Shown one piece after another: positions 20,367-30,551 of a DNA stretch of 64,000 nt (position 1 is the first letter of the stretch; each line of letters starts with the position of its first letter). The DNA is taken from the NCBI GenBank assembly GCA_963700285.1, contig CAVOXA010000001.1, forward strand, positions 352,001 through 416,000. Reading direction: 5' to 3'. The stretch comes from an uncultured Chloroflexia bacterium (lineage in GTDB: Bacteria; Chloroflexota; Anaerolineae; JAAYZQ01). The notes beneath the pieces are model-generated. The model made no database searches. It saw only the letters and a program-made list of their open reading frames with translations, and was not told where the DNA came from. Both the position numbers and the translations under genes were made by a program.

Positions 20367-21893
20367 GTGAGCGAAAAACAGGTCATCATCATCGGCGCTG
20401 GGCTGGCAGGTCTGGCTACCGGCTGCTACGCCCAGATGAACGGCTATCAGAGTCGCATCTTTGAGTATCACATCCACCCGGGTGGGGTTGCCGCCGCCTG
20501 GCGGCGCGGGGAGTATCTTTTCGACGGCGGCATCCATTTTGTCATGGGCCACAGGCCCGGCACGGGTCTGCATGATCTGTACCAGCAGTTGGGCATCGTC
20601 CCTGCTGTTGGATTCAAGGATCTGAAGACCTATGGCCGGTTCGTCGATGAGGCTAGCGGGCACACGGTGACGGTAACCAGGGACCTGGATCGCCTGGCCC
20701 GTGATCTGAAGGCCCTTTCCCCTGCTGATGCGGTCATCGTGGATGAGGTGATCGCCGGCGCAAGGGCCTTCCAGGGCGGCGACATGAGCGAGATGGGAAT
20801 GAGCAAACCCCCTGAGCTGACGTCTCCCGTGGACCAGCTCAGGGATCTGTGGGCCATGCGCCGCCTCTTCAAGTACGTGATCGGCAAGTATGGCCAGCCG
20901 GTTGCTACCTATACGCAGGCTGTTCAGGCCCGCTGGCTGCGCGACTGCATCGAGGGCCTGTTCTTGCCGGATGTACCCGTCTATTTTGTATTTATGCTCC
21001 TTGGCCTGCTGGCTGATGGCCAGTTGGGCCTGATCGATGGTAGTTGCGCGGACTTGGTCCGGGCTGTCGAGGAGCGCTACCTCTCGCTGGGCGGGGAGGT
21101 AACCTACAATGCTCGGGTTGAGGAGATCTTGGTGGAGGACGACAAAGCTGTGGGCATCCGCCTGGCCGATGGTGCGCCACAACCTCTAGAACGCCGCGCC
21201 GATGCCGTGGTTTCGGCGGCCGATGGCCACAGCACCATCTTTGAGATGTTGGGCGGGCGCTATGTGAACGACAAGATCAGAAATCGCTACCAGACCTGGT
21301 CCCGGTTCCGGCCGCTCTTGATGGCTAACTATGGCGTCGCCCGGGAGTACCCTGGCGATGCCAGTTTTGTCTCCATCCGGCTTGAGCGGCCCCTCACCAT
21401 TGGCGATCATCAGGTAGACGGACTCATGATCCGGAACTTTTGCTACAGCGAAAAGTTCGCCCCCCAGGGCAAGACGGTGGTCCAGGCGGAGATGGAGACC
21501 GACTGGGACTATTGGAACGATCTGCGCCGGGATGACCGGGTTGGCTACGAGGCTGAGAAGGAACGGCTGGCGGAGGAGATCCTGGAGCGGCTGGAGCCCT
21601 ACTACCCCGGCATCTCTGTGGCGGTGGAGGAGACCGATGTGTCCACACCCTACACCTGGTGGCGCTACACGCTGAACGACAGGGGCTCCTGGGAGGGCTG
21701 GCTGATGACGCCCTCCGCCATCAGGACGCCCGTGGAGCGGACCTTGCCCGGACTGGCCGGCTTCTATATGGCTGGCCAGTGGGTGATGCCTGGGGGCGGG
21801 GTCCCGCCGGTCCTCTACTCCGGGCGCCACGTTGTACAGCTTCTTTGCAAGGAGGATGGCAAGTCTTTTTTGATAGAGCCTCTTGTGCTATGA
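20367..21893 (+). CDS. Phytoene dehydrogenase-like FAD-dependent oxidoreductase
   Basis: IIGAGLAG, PGG, FDGGIH, STPYT..YT, AGQW..PGGG.P. Confidence 0.88.
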   Translation: MSEKQVIIIGAGLAGLATGCYAQMNGYQSRIFEYHIHPGGVAAAWRRGEYLFDGGIHFVMGHRPGTGLHDLYQQLGIVPAVGFKDLKTYGRFVDEASGHTVTVTRDLDRLARDLKALSPADAVIVDEVIAGARAFQGGDMSEMGMSKPPELTSPVDQLRDLWAMRRLFKYVIGKYGQPVATYTQAVQARWLRDCIEGLFLPDVPVYFVFMLLGLLADGQLGLIDGSCADLVRAVEERYLSLGGEVTYNARVEEILVEDDKAVGIRLADGAPQPLERRADAVVSAADGHSTIFEMLGGRYVNDKIRNRYQTWSRFRPLLMANYGVAREYPGDASFVSIRLERPLTIGDHQVDGLMIRNFCYSEKFAPQGKTVVQAEMETDWDYWNDLRRDDRVGYEAEKERLAEEILERLEPYYPGISVAVEETDVSTPYTWWRYTLNDRGSWEGWLMTPSAIRTPVERTLPGLAGFYMAGQWVMPGGGVPPVLYSGRHVVQLLCKEDGKSFLIEPLVL

Positions 21894-21953
21894 TACAGTC
21901 TGCCGGGTAGTCCAGTTCCGGCGGACCAGTTTGTTTGCAGAAAGGTTCATACC

Positions 21954-22754
21954 GTGAGCGAAAGCCAGGCCGGTCATCGTGTCGTACCTTTTCCGCGGAT
22001 GCGCCAGGTCTACGTGGATACCTTGCACCTGGGACACCGCAAGCACACCGTCCACGCTTTGATCGAGGCCGACGTCACCAATGCCCGGCGCGCCATTGCC
22101 GAACACAAGACCCGCACGGAAGAGACCCTATCCTTCACCGCCTTCGTCCTCTCTTGCCTGGGCCAGGCCGTGGACCGAAACCTCTACATGCACGCCTACC
22201 GCAACTGGCGCAACCAATTGGTCCTCTTTGACGAGGTGGACGTGGCGACCATGATCGAGGTCCAGGCCGGCGATGAGCGCTTCCCGCTGGCTCACGTCAT
22301 CCGCGCCGTCAACAAGCGCACCTTCCGCGAGATCCACGACGAGATCCGCGGCCACCAGGCGGCGCGGGAGCGGCAGCCCAATCCGTACGAACGCCTGCTC
22401 CCCCTCTACACCCTGGTACCAGGTCCTATCCGGCGGCTGGTGTGGAAGGCTCTCTTTCGTTGCCCTCACCTGGCCAAGAAGAACGTCGGTACCACCCTCC
22501 TGACCGCCGTTGGCATGTTTGGTGAGGGCGCCGGCTGGGGGATCACCATGCCCCTCTACACCCTGGGCGTCACCCTGGGCAGCATTGTCCAGAGGCCAGT
22601 GCTGGCCGGTGATCAGATCGAGAAGCGCGAGCACCTGTGCATCACCCTGAGCTTTGACCATGACATCGTGGACGGCGCTCCGGCCGCTCGCTTTGCCCAG
22701 CACTTTAAAGAACTGCTTGAGAATGGCTACGGCCTCGGGGTGAGCAACTTGTAA
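21954..22754 (+). CDS. Stand-alone 2-oxoacid dehydrogenase E2-type acyltransferase catalytic domain
   Basis: SFDHDIVDGAPAARF (HxxxDG); no lipoyl or E3-binding domain. Confidence 0.85.
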   Translation: MSESQAGHRVVPFPRMRQVYVDTLHLGHRKHTVHALIEADVTNARRAIAEHKTRTEETLSFTAFVLSCLGQAVDRNLYMHAYRNWRNQLVLFDEVDVATMIEVQAGDERFPLAHVIRAVNKRTFREIHDEIRGHQAARERQPNPYERLLPLYTLVPGPIRRLVWKALFRCPHLAKKNVGTTLLTAVGMFGEGAGWGITMPLYTLGVTLGSIVQRPVLAGDQIEKREHLCITLSFDHDIVDGAPAARFAQHFKELLENGYGLGVSNL

Positions 22755-22775
22755 GACAGGAAGTCACTATCGGCT

Positions 22776-23681
22776 GTGTGCTGGAAAACTGAGTTGGAAT
22801 CGATCGTTCTCAGAGACATAGATGCCCCACGGCGCCTGCTGGTTGCCTTTGCTCACCCCGACGATGAGTCGTTTGGCCCGGCGGGGACAATCGTGCATTA
22901 TGCCAGCCAGGGTGTAGCCGTCCACTATGTCTGCGCCACGCGGGGTGAGGCCGGCGATGTGGCTCCGGAATCGCTCGAGGGATACAACTCTCTGGCTGAA
23001 TTGCGCACCGAGGAGCTGCGCTGCGCGGCGGGCCACCTTGGACTGGCCGCGTTGTACTTTTTAAACTATCACGACTCTGGCATGGAGAATACGCCACATA
23101 ACCAGAACCCGGCCTCCTTGATGCAGGCTCCCCTGGAGGAGGTCGCGGCCAAGATAACCCGGCTGATCCGGCAGATCCAGCCACAGGTGGTTCTAACCCA
23201 CGATCCGACCGGCGGCTACTTTCATCCCGATCACATCAAGATGCACCAGGCCACGACCCTGGCCTTCCATGCGGCCGGCAGTCCTGACCGATTCCCCGAC
23301 CAGCTAGCACCAGGCCTGGCCCCCTACCAGCCGCACAAGCTGTACTATACGGCTTTCCCTCGCCGGCTGGTAAGACTCTTTGTGAAGGTACTGCCCCTGT
23401 TTGGACAGAACCCGGAGGCATTTGGGCGGAACAACGATGTTAATATCAGGCGCATTGCTGAGGTTGACCAGGCCGTGACGACCAGGATCGGGATTCGGTC
23501 CTACTTGGCAGTCAGCCAGAAGGCCGCTCAGTGTCATGCCAGCCAGACCGGCGGCAGCAGCAGCTGGGCGCTCGATCTGATGGGGAGGCTCGTTCGTTTC
23601 GACACGTTTTCGCGCGTGGTCCCGCCCTTTGAGCGTGGCGGGGTAGAGCGCGATCTGTTTGCGGGGGTTGGCGGCGGGTGA
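22776..23681 (+). CDS. PIG-L family deacetylase (MshB/Mca-like)
   Basis: AHPDDE, TRGEAG, GGYFHPDH, HASQ. Confidence 0.9.
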   Translation: MCWKTELESIVLRDIDAPRRLLVAFAHPDDESFGPAGTIVHYASQGVAVHYVCATRGEAGDVAPESLEGYNSLAELRTEELRCAAGHLGLAALYFLNYHDSGMENTPHNQNPASLMQAPLEEVAAKITRLIRQIQPQVVLTHDPTGGYFHPDHIKMHQATTLAFHAAGSPDRFPDQLAPGLAPYQPHKLYYTAFPRRLVRLFVKVLPLFGQNPEAFGRNNDVNIRRIAEVDQAVTTRIGIRSYLAVSQKAAQCHASQTGGSSSWALDLMGRLVRFDTFSRVVPPFERGGVERDLFAGVGGG

Positions 23682-23868
23682 GGATCAATCCAGGTGGCTG
23701 CGGACGGTCCCTGATCGACTGGCAAAAAGCCCGGCGCCTACGCCCGGGCCACCGCCTGACGGCGGTCGTGAACTACTTGGGGCGTCCGGACGCGCTGACC
23801 CTCAAGGGTGATAGCAGGTGGGAGATCGCTCGTGGGTTGGTCCGCACGAGTAATTCGGAGAAACTACC

Positions 23869-25251
23869 ATGATCCAGCGAATCGTACTGTTCGGCGCGTC
23901 CGGTGACCTCACCGCGCGCCTGTTGATGCCGGGCATCGCCCAGGTAGCTGCTGAAGGCCTGCTGCCCGATGGGTTCAGCATTCTGGGCTCGTCGACTAGG
24001 GATTGGACTCCCGAGGATTTCCGCGAGCGGATGGCGGCGGCCCTCGACCGGCATGATTCGGCTCTCGCCCCCGAGGTCATGCGGGAGGTCGTCGACAAAC
24101 TCGACTTTCGCAGCGCCGATATCACCAACCCCGTTGACGTGAGAGCCGTTGTGGGAGACCTCCACGAACCAACGCTTGTCTACCTCGCCTTGCCGACGGG
24201 CCTGCTTGAAAGGGCATTGACTGCCCTGTCCAACGCGACTCTGACGGCAAATGACGCCATCGCCATCGAGAAGCCTTTTGGAACCGACCTGGCATCCGCA
24301 CGGCGGCTAAATGAGATACTCCGGACTGCGCTGCCGGACCCCGCCATCTATCGCATTGACCACATTCTGGCCGACGAGTTGGTCCGGCGTATTCTTGCGC
24401 TCCGCTTTTCGAATCGCGTCTTTGAGCCGCTTCTGTGCGCACAGCACGTCGAACGGGTCGACATTAGCTGGCTCGAAACCCTTGCGCTCGAAGGACGGGC
24501 GTCCTACTATGACCGGGCCGGGGCACTGAAGGATGCAATCCAGAACCACTTTCTTGAAGCCTTCAGTTTCGTGGTCCTGGAGCAGCCGGTGAGCCTCAGC
24601 GACGCTACCTTCGGGGAAAGCCGCGTCGAGGCGCTGCGCGCTGTGGCGACGCCAACGGCTGAGATGATCCGCAAGGGGACCCTTCGCGCGCGCTACACGG
24701 CAGGCACCATCGGAACGCGCGTCGTACCCGCCTACGTTGACGAGCCCGGCGTGGATCCAGCCCGCAACACAGAGACCTATGCGGCCGTCGATCTGGAAAT
24801 GCGAAACCCCCGCTGGGCGGGGACCCGTTTCACGCTGAGACACGGAAAGGCATTGGCCCAGGACACTGCCGAGATCGCGATCTACTTCAGACGAGCGCAT
24901 GACTACCTTGGCAACGCGCTGGTCGATGCTGCGCCCAACATCCTCCGCATCGGGCTGATGGAACCCTACGTCCGCTTGGAGATTGTACTTGACGGTCCTG
25001 AGCTTGTACCCGTCAGCCAGACATTAGAGATGCTCTCGCCCAAACCGCGGCGGACAGCCTACGCGAACCTTGTTGCTGGGATGCTGAGCAACTGCTCGAC
25101 GATGTTCGTTCGCGGCGACGAGGCCGAAGAAGCGTGGCGCATTTTCGACCCCATCGTCAAGGCCTGGGCCAACGATGAGGTACCGCTGCAGACCTATCCC
25201 GCCGGTGGCGAGCCACCCGTGGCCCAGACTGACCCGACACCACCTGGCTAG
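23869..25251 (+). CDS. zwf: Glucose-6-phosphate dehydrogenase-like protein
   Basis: FGASGDL, EKPFG.DL, YRIDH, GR..YYD..GAL.D..QNH, ETYAA; substrate motif altered (RIDHILADE). Confidence 0.8.
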   Translation: MIQRIVLFGASGDLTARLLMPGIAQVAAEGLLPDGFSILGSSTRDWTPEDFRERMAAALDRHDSALAPEVMREVVDKLDFRSADITNPVDVRAVVGDLHEPTLVYLALPTGLLERALTALSNATLTANDAIAIEKPFGTDLASARRLNEILRTALPDPAIYRIDHILADELVRRILALRFSNRVFEPLLCAQHVERVDISWLETLALEGRASYYDRAGALKDAIQNHFLEAFSFVVLEQPVSLSDATFGESRVEALRAVATPTAEMIRKGTLRARYTAGTIGTRVVPAYVDEPGVDPARNTETYAAVDLEMRNPRWAGTRFTLRHGKALAQDTAEIAIYFRRAHDYLGNALVDAAPNILRIGLMEPYVRLEIVLDGPELVPVSQTLEMLSPKPRRTAYANLVAGMLSNCSTMFVRGDEAEEAWRIFDPIVKAWANDEVPLQTYPAGGEPPVAQTDPTPPG

Positions 25252-25276
25252 CCCTTCGGTGGGTGAGTACCCCCGA

Positions 25277-25305
25277 TTGACAGCCCGCCTTCGACAAGGT
25301 ACAAT
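25277..25305 (+). promoter_or_regulatory. Sigma70-type promoter
   Basis: TTGACA (25277-25282), 17 nt, TACAAT (25300-25305). Confidence 0.75.
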
Positions 25306-25354
25306 TATCCCTGAAATACCCTGTCTGTGCAGGTCTGAAAGGACGCCTGATCCG

Positions 25355-26803
25355 ATGCCATACAAATCGGTTTCACTGCTGGACCAAGACACCCTGCAAA
25401 GGATCCAAGGCGAGTCCCTCCGCCTGCTAGAGGATGTGGGCGTCCATGTCGGCGACCCCGAAGCCGTCAAGACCTTGAGAAGAGCAGGCGCAAGGATCGA
25501 TGGGCAATCCGGTGTGGTCCGCCTGCCCAGGGCCATGGTCCTTGAGGCTGTGGACCAGCTTACCGGGTCGTTCAGCCTCTTTGACCTGTGCGGCCTTCCG
25601 CTGCCCCTACCCGGCGACAGGCCCCGGGCCGGATCGCGGGTGAGAATGCCCAATTTTCTGGATTACGGAGCCGTAGAAAATCGCCCGGTGCGCCGCCAGG
25701 ACAGCATCAACCTCTGCCGGCTGACGAGCGCCTTGACCCGCTACGAGTGGTCGGTCGTGATCGACGCTCCCGCTTCTGATGGGCTGCCTGAGATAGACTA
25801 TCCTGAGGTTATGGCCTTGGCCCTGGCCATCATGGGTCACCCGGTGCTGACGGCGCCGACCACGGAAGCCGGTATGCAGATGTGTATCGAGCTGGCTGCT
25901 GCCGCGTCTGCATCGGGCGACCTGGATCAAGGGCCCAATCTCATGGTCTGCGTGAACACGACCAGCCCCCTCCAGATGGCCTACGAGGAATGCCGTGTCC
26001 TGCGTCGCGCCGTAGAGGCTGGGGTGCCCATCGATGTAGAGCCGATGACAGCCGCGGGGGCCACGACGCCCTTTACCCTGGCCGGCACGCTGATGGTCGA
26101 AAATGCCGAAGTACTTTTTATGTTGTGCCTGGCCAACAGTATCAGGCCGGGAGCCAAGGCCATGGAGAGTACCGTGGGCTCGGTCATGAACATGAAGGGC
26201 GCGAACCTCTCCCTGGCCGCCCCAGAGTCGATGCTGCTGGCCAGCGCCGAGGCGGCCATGACCCGCCTGCACGGGCTGCCGGTCATGCGTATGGGCGGCT
26301 ACAGCGATCCCTACTATCTGGACATTCAGGCCGGTATTGAAAAGGCAGCCTTTACCATGATGATCGCCTTGAGTGGTGCGGACCTAGTATTGATGGGTGG
26401 ACCGCTGAGGAATGCCGCCCATCAGAGCTACGAGTCGCTGGTCATCGACCATGACATTTGGGAATTCATCGAGCGCTGTACCACCGAGATCGTGGTGGAC
26501 ACCGAGCGGCTGGCCTATGAGACGGCTGTAGAAGTGGGCATTGGCGGTTCATACTTTGAGGCGGACCACACCCTGGCCTGGCTGCGCAGCGGCGAGCATT
26601 ACTATGGCGGCTCATTTGATCGCAGCGGGCGACCTGGGGAGCAGTACACCATGCTGGCGCGGGCCCACGCGCGCGTGCAAGAGATCCTGAACCAGCCGCT
26701 CACGTACGGCGCACCAGCGGATGCCGTGGAACGTATCAAGCAGTACCTGCGCGACATGGCCGCATCCCGCGCTGTCGCTGCGCCCGATTGGGCGCTGGGT
26801 TAG
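25355..26803 (+). CDS. MttB-superfamily methyltransferase (non-pyrrolysine)
   Basis: RIQGESLRLLEDVGV, NTTSPL, GATTPFTLAGTL..ENAE, DIQAG.E, SYE..VID; no in-frame TAG. Confidence 0.85.
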   Translation: MPYKSVSLLDQDTLQRIQGESLRLLEDVGVHVGDPEAVKTLRRAGARIDGQSGVVRLPRAMVLEAVDQLTGSFSLFDLCGLPLPLPGDRPRAGSRVRMPNFLDYGAVENRPVRRQDSINLCRLTSALTRYEWSVVIDAPASDGLPEIDYPEVMALALAIMGHPVLTAPTTEAGMQMCIELAAAASASGDLDQGPNLMVCVNTTSPLQMAYEECRVLRRAVEAGVPIDVEPMTAAGATTPFTLAGTLMVENAEVLFMLCLANSIRPGAKAMESTVGSVMNMKGANLSLAAPESMLLASAEAAMTRLHGLPVMRMGGYSDPYYLDIQAGIEKAAFTMMIALSGADLVLMGGPLRNAAHQSYESLVIDHDIWEFIERCTTEIVVDTERLAYETAVEVGIGGSYFEADHTLAWLRSGEHYYGGSFDRSGRPGEQYTMLARAHARVQEILNQPLTYGAPADAVERIKQYLRDMAASRAVAAPDWALG

Positions 26804-26816
26804 GAGGAGGGCTCCT

Positions 26817-28193
26817 GTGACAACGCATCCAACCGCACAGCGGATCATCGACGACTATCTGAACCGGACGCCACGATCGTGGGCCCACTGCGAACTTGCC
26901 AGCCGCGTTCTCCCCGGGGGTGACACGCGGCGGTCGGTCTACTTTGAGCCCTATCCCACCTACATGGAGCGGGGCGAAGGCTGTGTCCTCTATGACGCTG
27001 ACGGGAACCGCTACATCGACTTTAGCAACAACTATACGAGCCTCATTCACGGACACGCGCCCCCGGCTGTCGTTGAGGCGGTCCAGGCCCAGGTCGCCGA
27101 GGGGACGCTGTTTGGATCGCCGGCGGCCTGCCAGTACGAGCTGGCGGGCATGCTGTGCGCTCGGATCCCGAGTGTGGAGCGTGTCCGCTTTTGCAATTCG
27201 GGTACCGAGGCGACGATGATGGCTATGCGGCTGGCTCGGGCCTACAGTGGCAAGGACGTGATCCTGAAGATGGATGGCGGCTACCACGGGACGCATGATT
27301 TTGCTGAGGTGAATATCACGCCCTCGGCTGATGCGCAAGGCCCGCCTGTCCTTCGCAAAGAGAGCCAGGGTGTCCCGGATGCTCTCCTGGAGTCGATGAT
27401 GGTCGTGCCTTTCAACGACTTGGACGCCGTTGAGGAAACGCTCAGTGCCTACAACCATCGCATCGCGGCCGTCATTGTGGAGCCGATGATGAATGCCGGC
27501 GGCCTGGTGCCCCCCCGGCTTGGCTTCCTCGCCGGGCTGAGGGAACTGGCCGACAAGTATGGGGTGCTACTTGTCTTTGACGAGGTAGTGACCTTCCGCC
27601 TGAGCCTGGGGGGCTGGCAGTTGCTGGATGGGGTCAGGCCCGACATCACCGCCCTGGGCAAGATCATTGGTGGCGGCTTTCCAGTGGGCGCCATCGGCGG
27701 CCGGACTGAGGTCATGGATCTCTTTAACCCGACGCGCCCCGATGGGCTCAGGCATTCAGGCACCTTTAATGGGAACAGCGTTACCATGGTTGCCGGCATC
27801 GCCACGCTAAAGCACTATGGGCAGAGCGAGATCGACCGCATCAATCGGCTCGGTGATCGACTGCGACAGGGCATCACCGAGGCGTTCGGAGCACAAGGCT
27901 TGCAAGTCAACGTCACGGGCCGCGGCTCGCTGGCCTACATCCACTGGACCGGCGGCGAGATCCACACCGCGGTGGACGCTGCCCGGGCAGCCAGGGATGC
28001 GGGCCAACTGCTGATGCTGCTGCAGTTGGGTTTGCTCAACCAGGGCATCTGGTTGCCCTACCGCGGCGAGCTGGCCATATCTACGCCCATGACCGAGCGG
28101 GAGATCGATCGTGCCACGGAGGCTGTGTATACTGTGCTTGGCCTGCTGATGCCCTACGTTGAGGAAGTGGCGCCTCACCTGTTCCTATCCTGA
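26817..28193 (+). CDS. Class III aminotransferase (GSA aminomutase-like)
   Basis: PGGDTR, GNRYID, NSGTEA, GGYHG, FDEVVT, GKIIGGG, SGTFNGN; GTG after AGGAGG. Confidence 0.9.
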   Translation: MTTHPTAQRIIDDYLNRTPRSWAHCELASRVLPGGDTRRSVYFEPYPTYMERGEGCVLYDADGNRYIDFSNNYTSLIHGHAPPAVVEAVQAQVAEGTLFGSPAACQYELAGMLCARIPSVERVRFCNSGTEATMMAMRLARAYSGKDVILKMDGGYHGTHDFAEVNITPSADAQGPPVLRKESQGVPDALLESMMVVPFNDLDAVEETLSAYNHRIAAVIVEPMMNAGGLVPPRLGFLAGLRELADKYGVLLVFDEVVTFRLSLGGWQLLDGVRPDITALGKIIGGGFPVGAIGGRTEVMDLFNPTRPDGLRHSGTFNGNSVTMVAGIATLKHYGQSEIDRINRLGDRLRQGITEAFGAQGLQVNVTGRGSLAYIHWTGGEIHTAVDAARAARDAGQLLMLLQLGLLNQGIWLPYRGELAISTPMTEREIDRATEAVYTVLGLLMPYVEEVAPHLFLS

Positions 28194-28304
28194 GCGCAGT
28201 CGAAGGGGATCCCAGTCGAGCAGATGGGGATTCCCTTCGTGCTCCTTCGACGACTCAGGACGTGCTCAGGGCATGTCTGTATGCTGCGCTTCGTTCAGCA
28301 TGAC
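28188..28304. repeat. REP-like palindromic element (degenerate)
   Basis: TCCTGAGCGCAGTCGAAGG paired with CCTTCGAC..CTCAGGA, plus a decayed copy ending TTCAGCATGACA, immediately after a stop codon. Confidence 0.6.
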
Positions 28305-28387
28305 AGGACGGTTTTCCAGTAGCAGGGCCATAGTGCTGGCATGTACCCTAAGGGTGTGTGACGACGCTGACTGAAGCAGGGAAAGAT

Positions 28388-29035
28388 ATGCTGGAAATCA
28401 TCGATCTGACAAGAGTACTGGATGAGCATCTGCTCATCTATACACATGGTGACTATTCTGATCCACCTCTTGAGGCGGAAACTTGGTGTACGATTCAGAG
28501 CCAGGGATTCAAGGTCTCGCGTCTGTCGATGGGGACTCAAACCGGCACGCACATTGATGCGCCTTCTCACTTTGCAGAAGGCGGGACAGCGTTGGAGGCG
28601 CTGCCTCTTGATACGCTGATCGGCAGATATCTGTGGGTGGACCTCCACGAAACGATGCAAAAGATAGCATGTGGCTTTCAGCCAACCTATCACGGCGAAA
28701 CGATTCTATTCTTGACCTCGTCTGCCCAAACTGTGACCCGAGTATCCGAGGAGGTTTTGAATACGTTGCTCGAGTTGCCGTGTGCCGTCTGGCTGAGCGT
28801 ATTTGGCGTTGGGGTTACAGGCAGGGGAATGTTCTATTTTCATCAAGCGCTGGCTGAGGCTGGAAAGTACTTGGTTGAGGATGTAGATGAAGGGGCGGCC
28901 ATGCGGGTCAGGCCCGGTGGAGAGCTCATTGCGCTGCCGCTGCGGCTCACAGGGGTGTCTGGGTCGCCGTGCCGTGTGGTCGTCCGGCAGCCAATCATGG
29001 ACGATCCTGCAGCGCGCCAGACCTTCCCGCTCTAG
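28388..29035 (+). CDS. Cyclase / kynurenine formamidase-like metallohydrolase
   Basis: QTGTHIDAPSH, H..L, ALPL..G.SGSP.R. Confidence 0.85.
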   Translation: MLEIIDLTRVLDEHLLIYTHGDYSDPPLEAETWCTIQSQGFKVSRLSMGTQTGTHIDAPSHFAEGGTALEALPLDTLIGRYLWVDLHETMQKIACGFQPTYHGETILFLTSSAQTVTRVSEEVLNTLLELPCAVWLSVFGVGVTGRGMFYFHQALAEAGKYLVEDVDEGAAMRVRPGGELIALPLRLTGVSGSPCRVVVRQPIMDDPAARQTFPL

Positions 29036-29165
29036 CCATTTCGGTCTGCCTTTTGCTGCTGGCCGCCCTCATATCGTCCGCGCCCGATATCCAGAAAAAG
29101 ACAGCCTGGCGTCAGGCGCATTCGAAAGAATGATTGTATGCTAGATGCCAGAGAGGAGGCTTTCA

Positions 29166-29615
29166 ATGAAGACGCTGGTCGTCTATGACTCGGTCTATGG
29201 GAATACAGAGATCATCGCACGGGCTGTCGGTGGTGCGTTTCCCGGTGAGGTGCAGGTGCTGCGCGTAGGTCAGGTGAATGCTGGCGAATTGGAGAGCGTT
29301 GACCTGCTCATCATCGGCTCGCCAACCCACGGAGCCTTGCCAACGGAGGCGGTCCAGGGCCTGGTTGAAAAGCTAGGGGCGCCAACTCGTGAGGGTGCTC
29401 GAGTGGCCACCTTCGATACCCGATTGTCGTGGGGATTCCTCCGGCGCTATGGTTTTGCCGCGGATAGGATGGTGGAGGCGCTCAAGGGCAGGGGCTGGAC
29501 GCTCGCAAGCGAACCGGCTGGCTTTTTCGTCAGGGGCCTCAAAAAGGGGCCGCTCAAGAAGGGCGAGGTCGAGCGTGCTGCCGGCTGGGCACGGGTACTT
29601 GCCAGGAGCAGCTAA
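29166..29615 (+). CDS. Flavodoxin family protein
   Basis: YDSVYGNT, GSPT, FDTR. Confidence 0.9.
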   Translation: MKTLVVYDSVYGNTEIIARAVGGAFPGEVQVLRVGQVNAGELESVDLLIIGSPTHGALPTEAVQGLVEKLGAPTREGARVATFDTRLSWGFLRRYGFAADRMVEALKGRGWTLASEPAGFFVRGLKKGPLKKGEVERAAGWARVLARSS

Positions 29616-29639
29616 GGCAATGGCGCCACAAGGTGCAGC

Positions 29640-30551
29640 GTGATTCCTGTAGTCTCAACAGACAAGCTATCAAAACACTATGGTCCGGTGCATGCGGTTG
29701 ACTCGGTCACCCTGAGGGTTGAGCAGGGAGAGATCTATGGTTTCCTTGGCCTGAACGGTGCGGGCAAGACGACAACGATCCGGGCCCTATTGGGTATGAT
29801 CCGTCCGACTGAAGGCTCGGTCAAGGTGCTTGGTCAAGCGGTTGGGCCGAACGGGCGCGGGCCGTGGCGGCGGGTTGGCCATTTGGTCGAAAGGCCCGCC
29901 GCTTATCCAGAACTAAGCGTGCGGGAGAACCTCGAGATCGCCCGGCGACTGCAGGCGGTGTCAGATAGAAAAGTCACATCCCGGGTCATTGAGCGCCTCA
30001 GCCTTGCCCCTTACGCGGACCGAAAGGCCGGTACGCTCTCGACGGGCAATTTCCAGCGCCTGGGACTGGCGCGCGCATTGCTGCATGAGCCTGAGCTGCT
30101 GATCCTCGACGAACCTGCCAATGGGCTCGACCCGGCGGGTGTGGTTGAGATACGCGATCTCCTGACGGGCCTCGCCCGTGAGCAGGGTGTGACCGTGTTC
30201 ATGTCGAGCCATATCCTTACGGAGGTGGCCCGCCTCGCCACGCGCATCGGCATCATCCACAACGGCCACCTGCTGGAGGAACTTGATGCGGACGAGCTGG
30301 AGGCATCGAGACTGCAGCGTCTGGAAATCCGGGCGCGCAATCTGGACGTTGCTCAAGCCGCGCTGACCCAAGCCGGTTTTTCCGTGAGAGTGATAGAGGG
30401 TACGCTCATCTTGAGCGAAGCGCGCGCCATCCGTGAGCCGGAAGCGGTGGCAACCCTCCTGGTCAAAGCGGGCGCACCCCCGTCGAGATTGGCCGTGGAG
30501 CAAGAGCATCTCGAAGGCCATTTCCTGCGCCTGACGGGCCGAGAACCATGA
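29640..30551 (+). CDS. ABC transporter ATP-binding protein (BcrA/LanF-like)
   Basis: GLNGAGKT, LSTG, ILDEPANGLD, SSH. Confidence 0.93.
   Translation: MIPVVSTDKLSKHYGPVHAVDSVTLRVEQGEIYGFLGLNGAGKTTTIRALLGMIRPTEGSVKVLGQAVGPNGRGPWRRVGHLVERPAAYPELSVRENLEIARRLQAVSDRKVTSRVIERLSLAPYADRKAGTLSTGNFQRLGLARALLHEPELLILDEPANGLDPAGVVEIRDLLTGLAREQGVTVFMSSHILTEVARLATRIGIIHNGHLLEELDADELEASRLQRLEIRARNLDVAQAALTQAGFSVRVIEGTLILSEARAIREPEAVATLLVKAGAPPSRLAVEQEHLEGHFLRLTGREP

Noticed and set aside
26817-28193. Calling the aminotransferase hemL
   Set aside because: PGGDTR instead of PGGVNSP and no tetrapyrrole gene context
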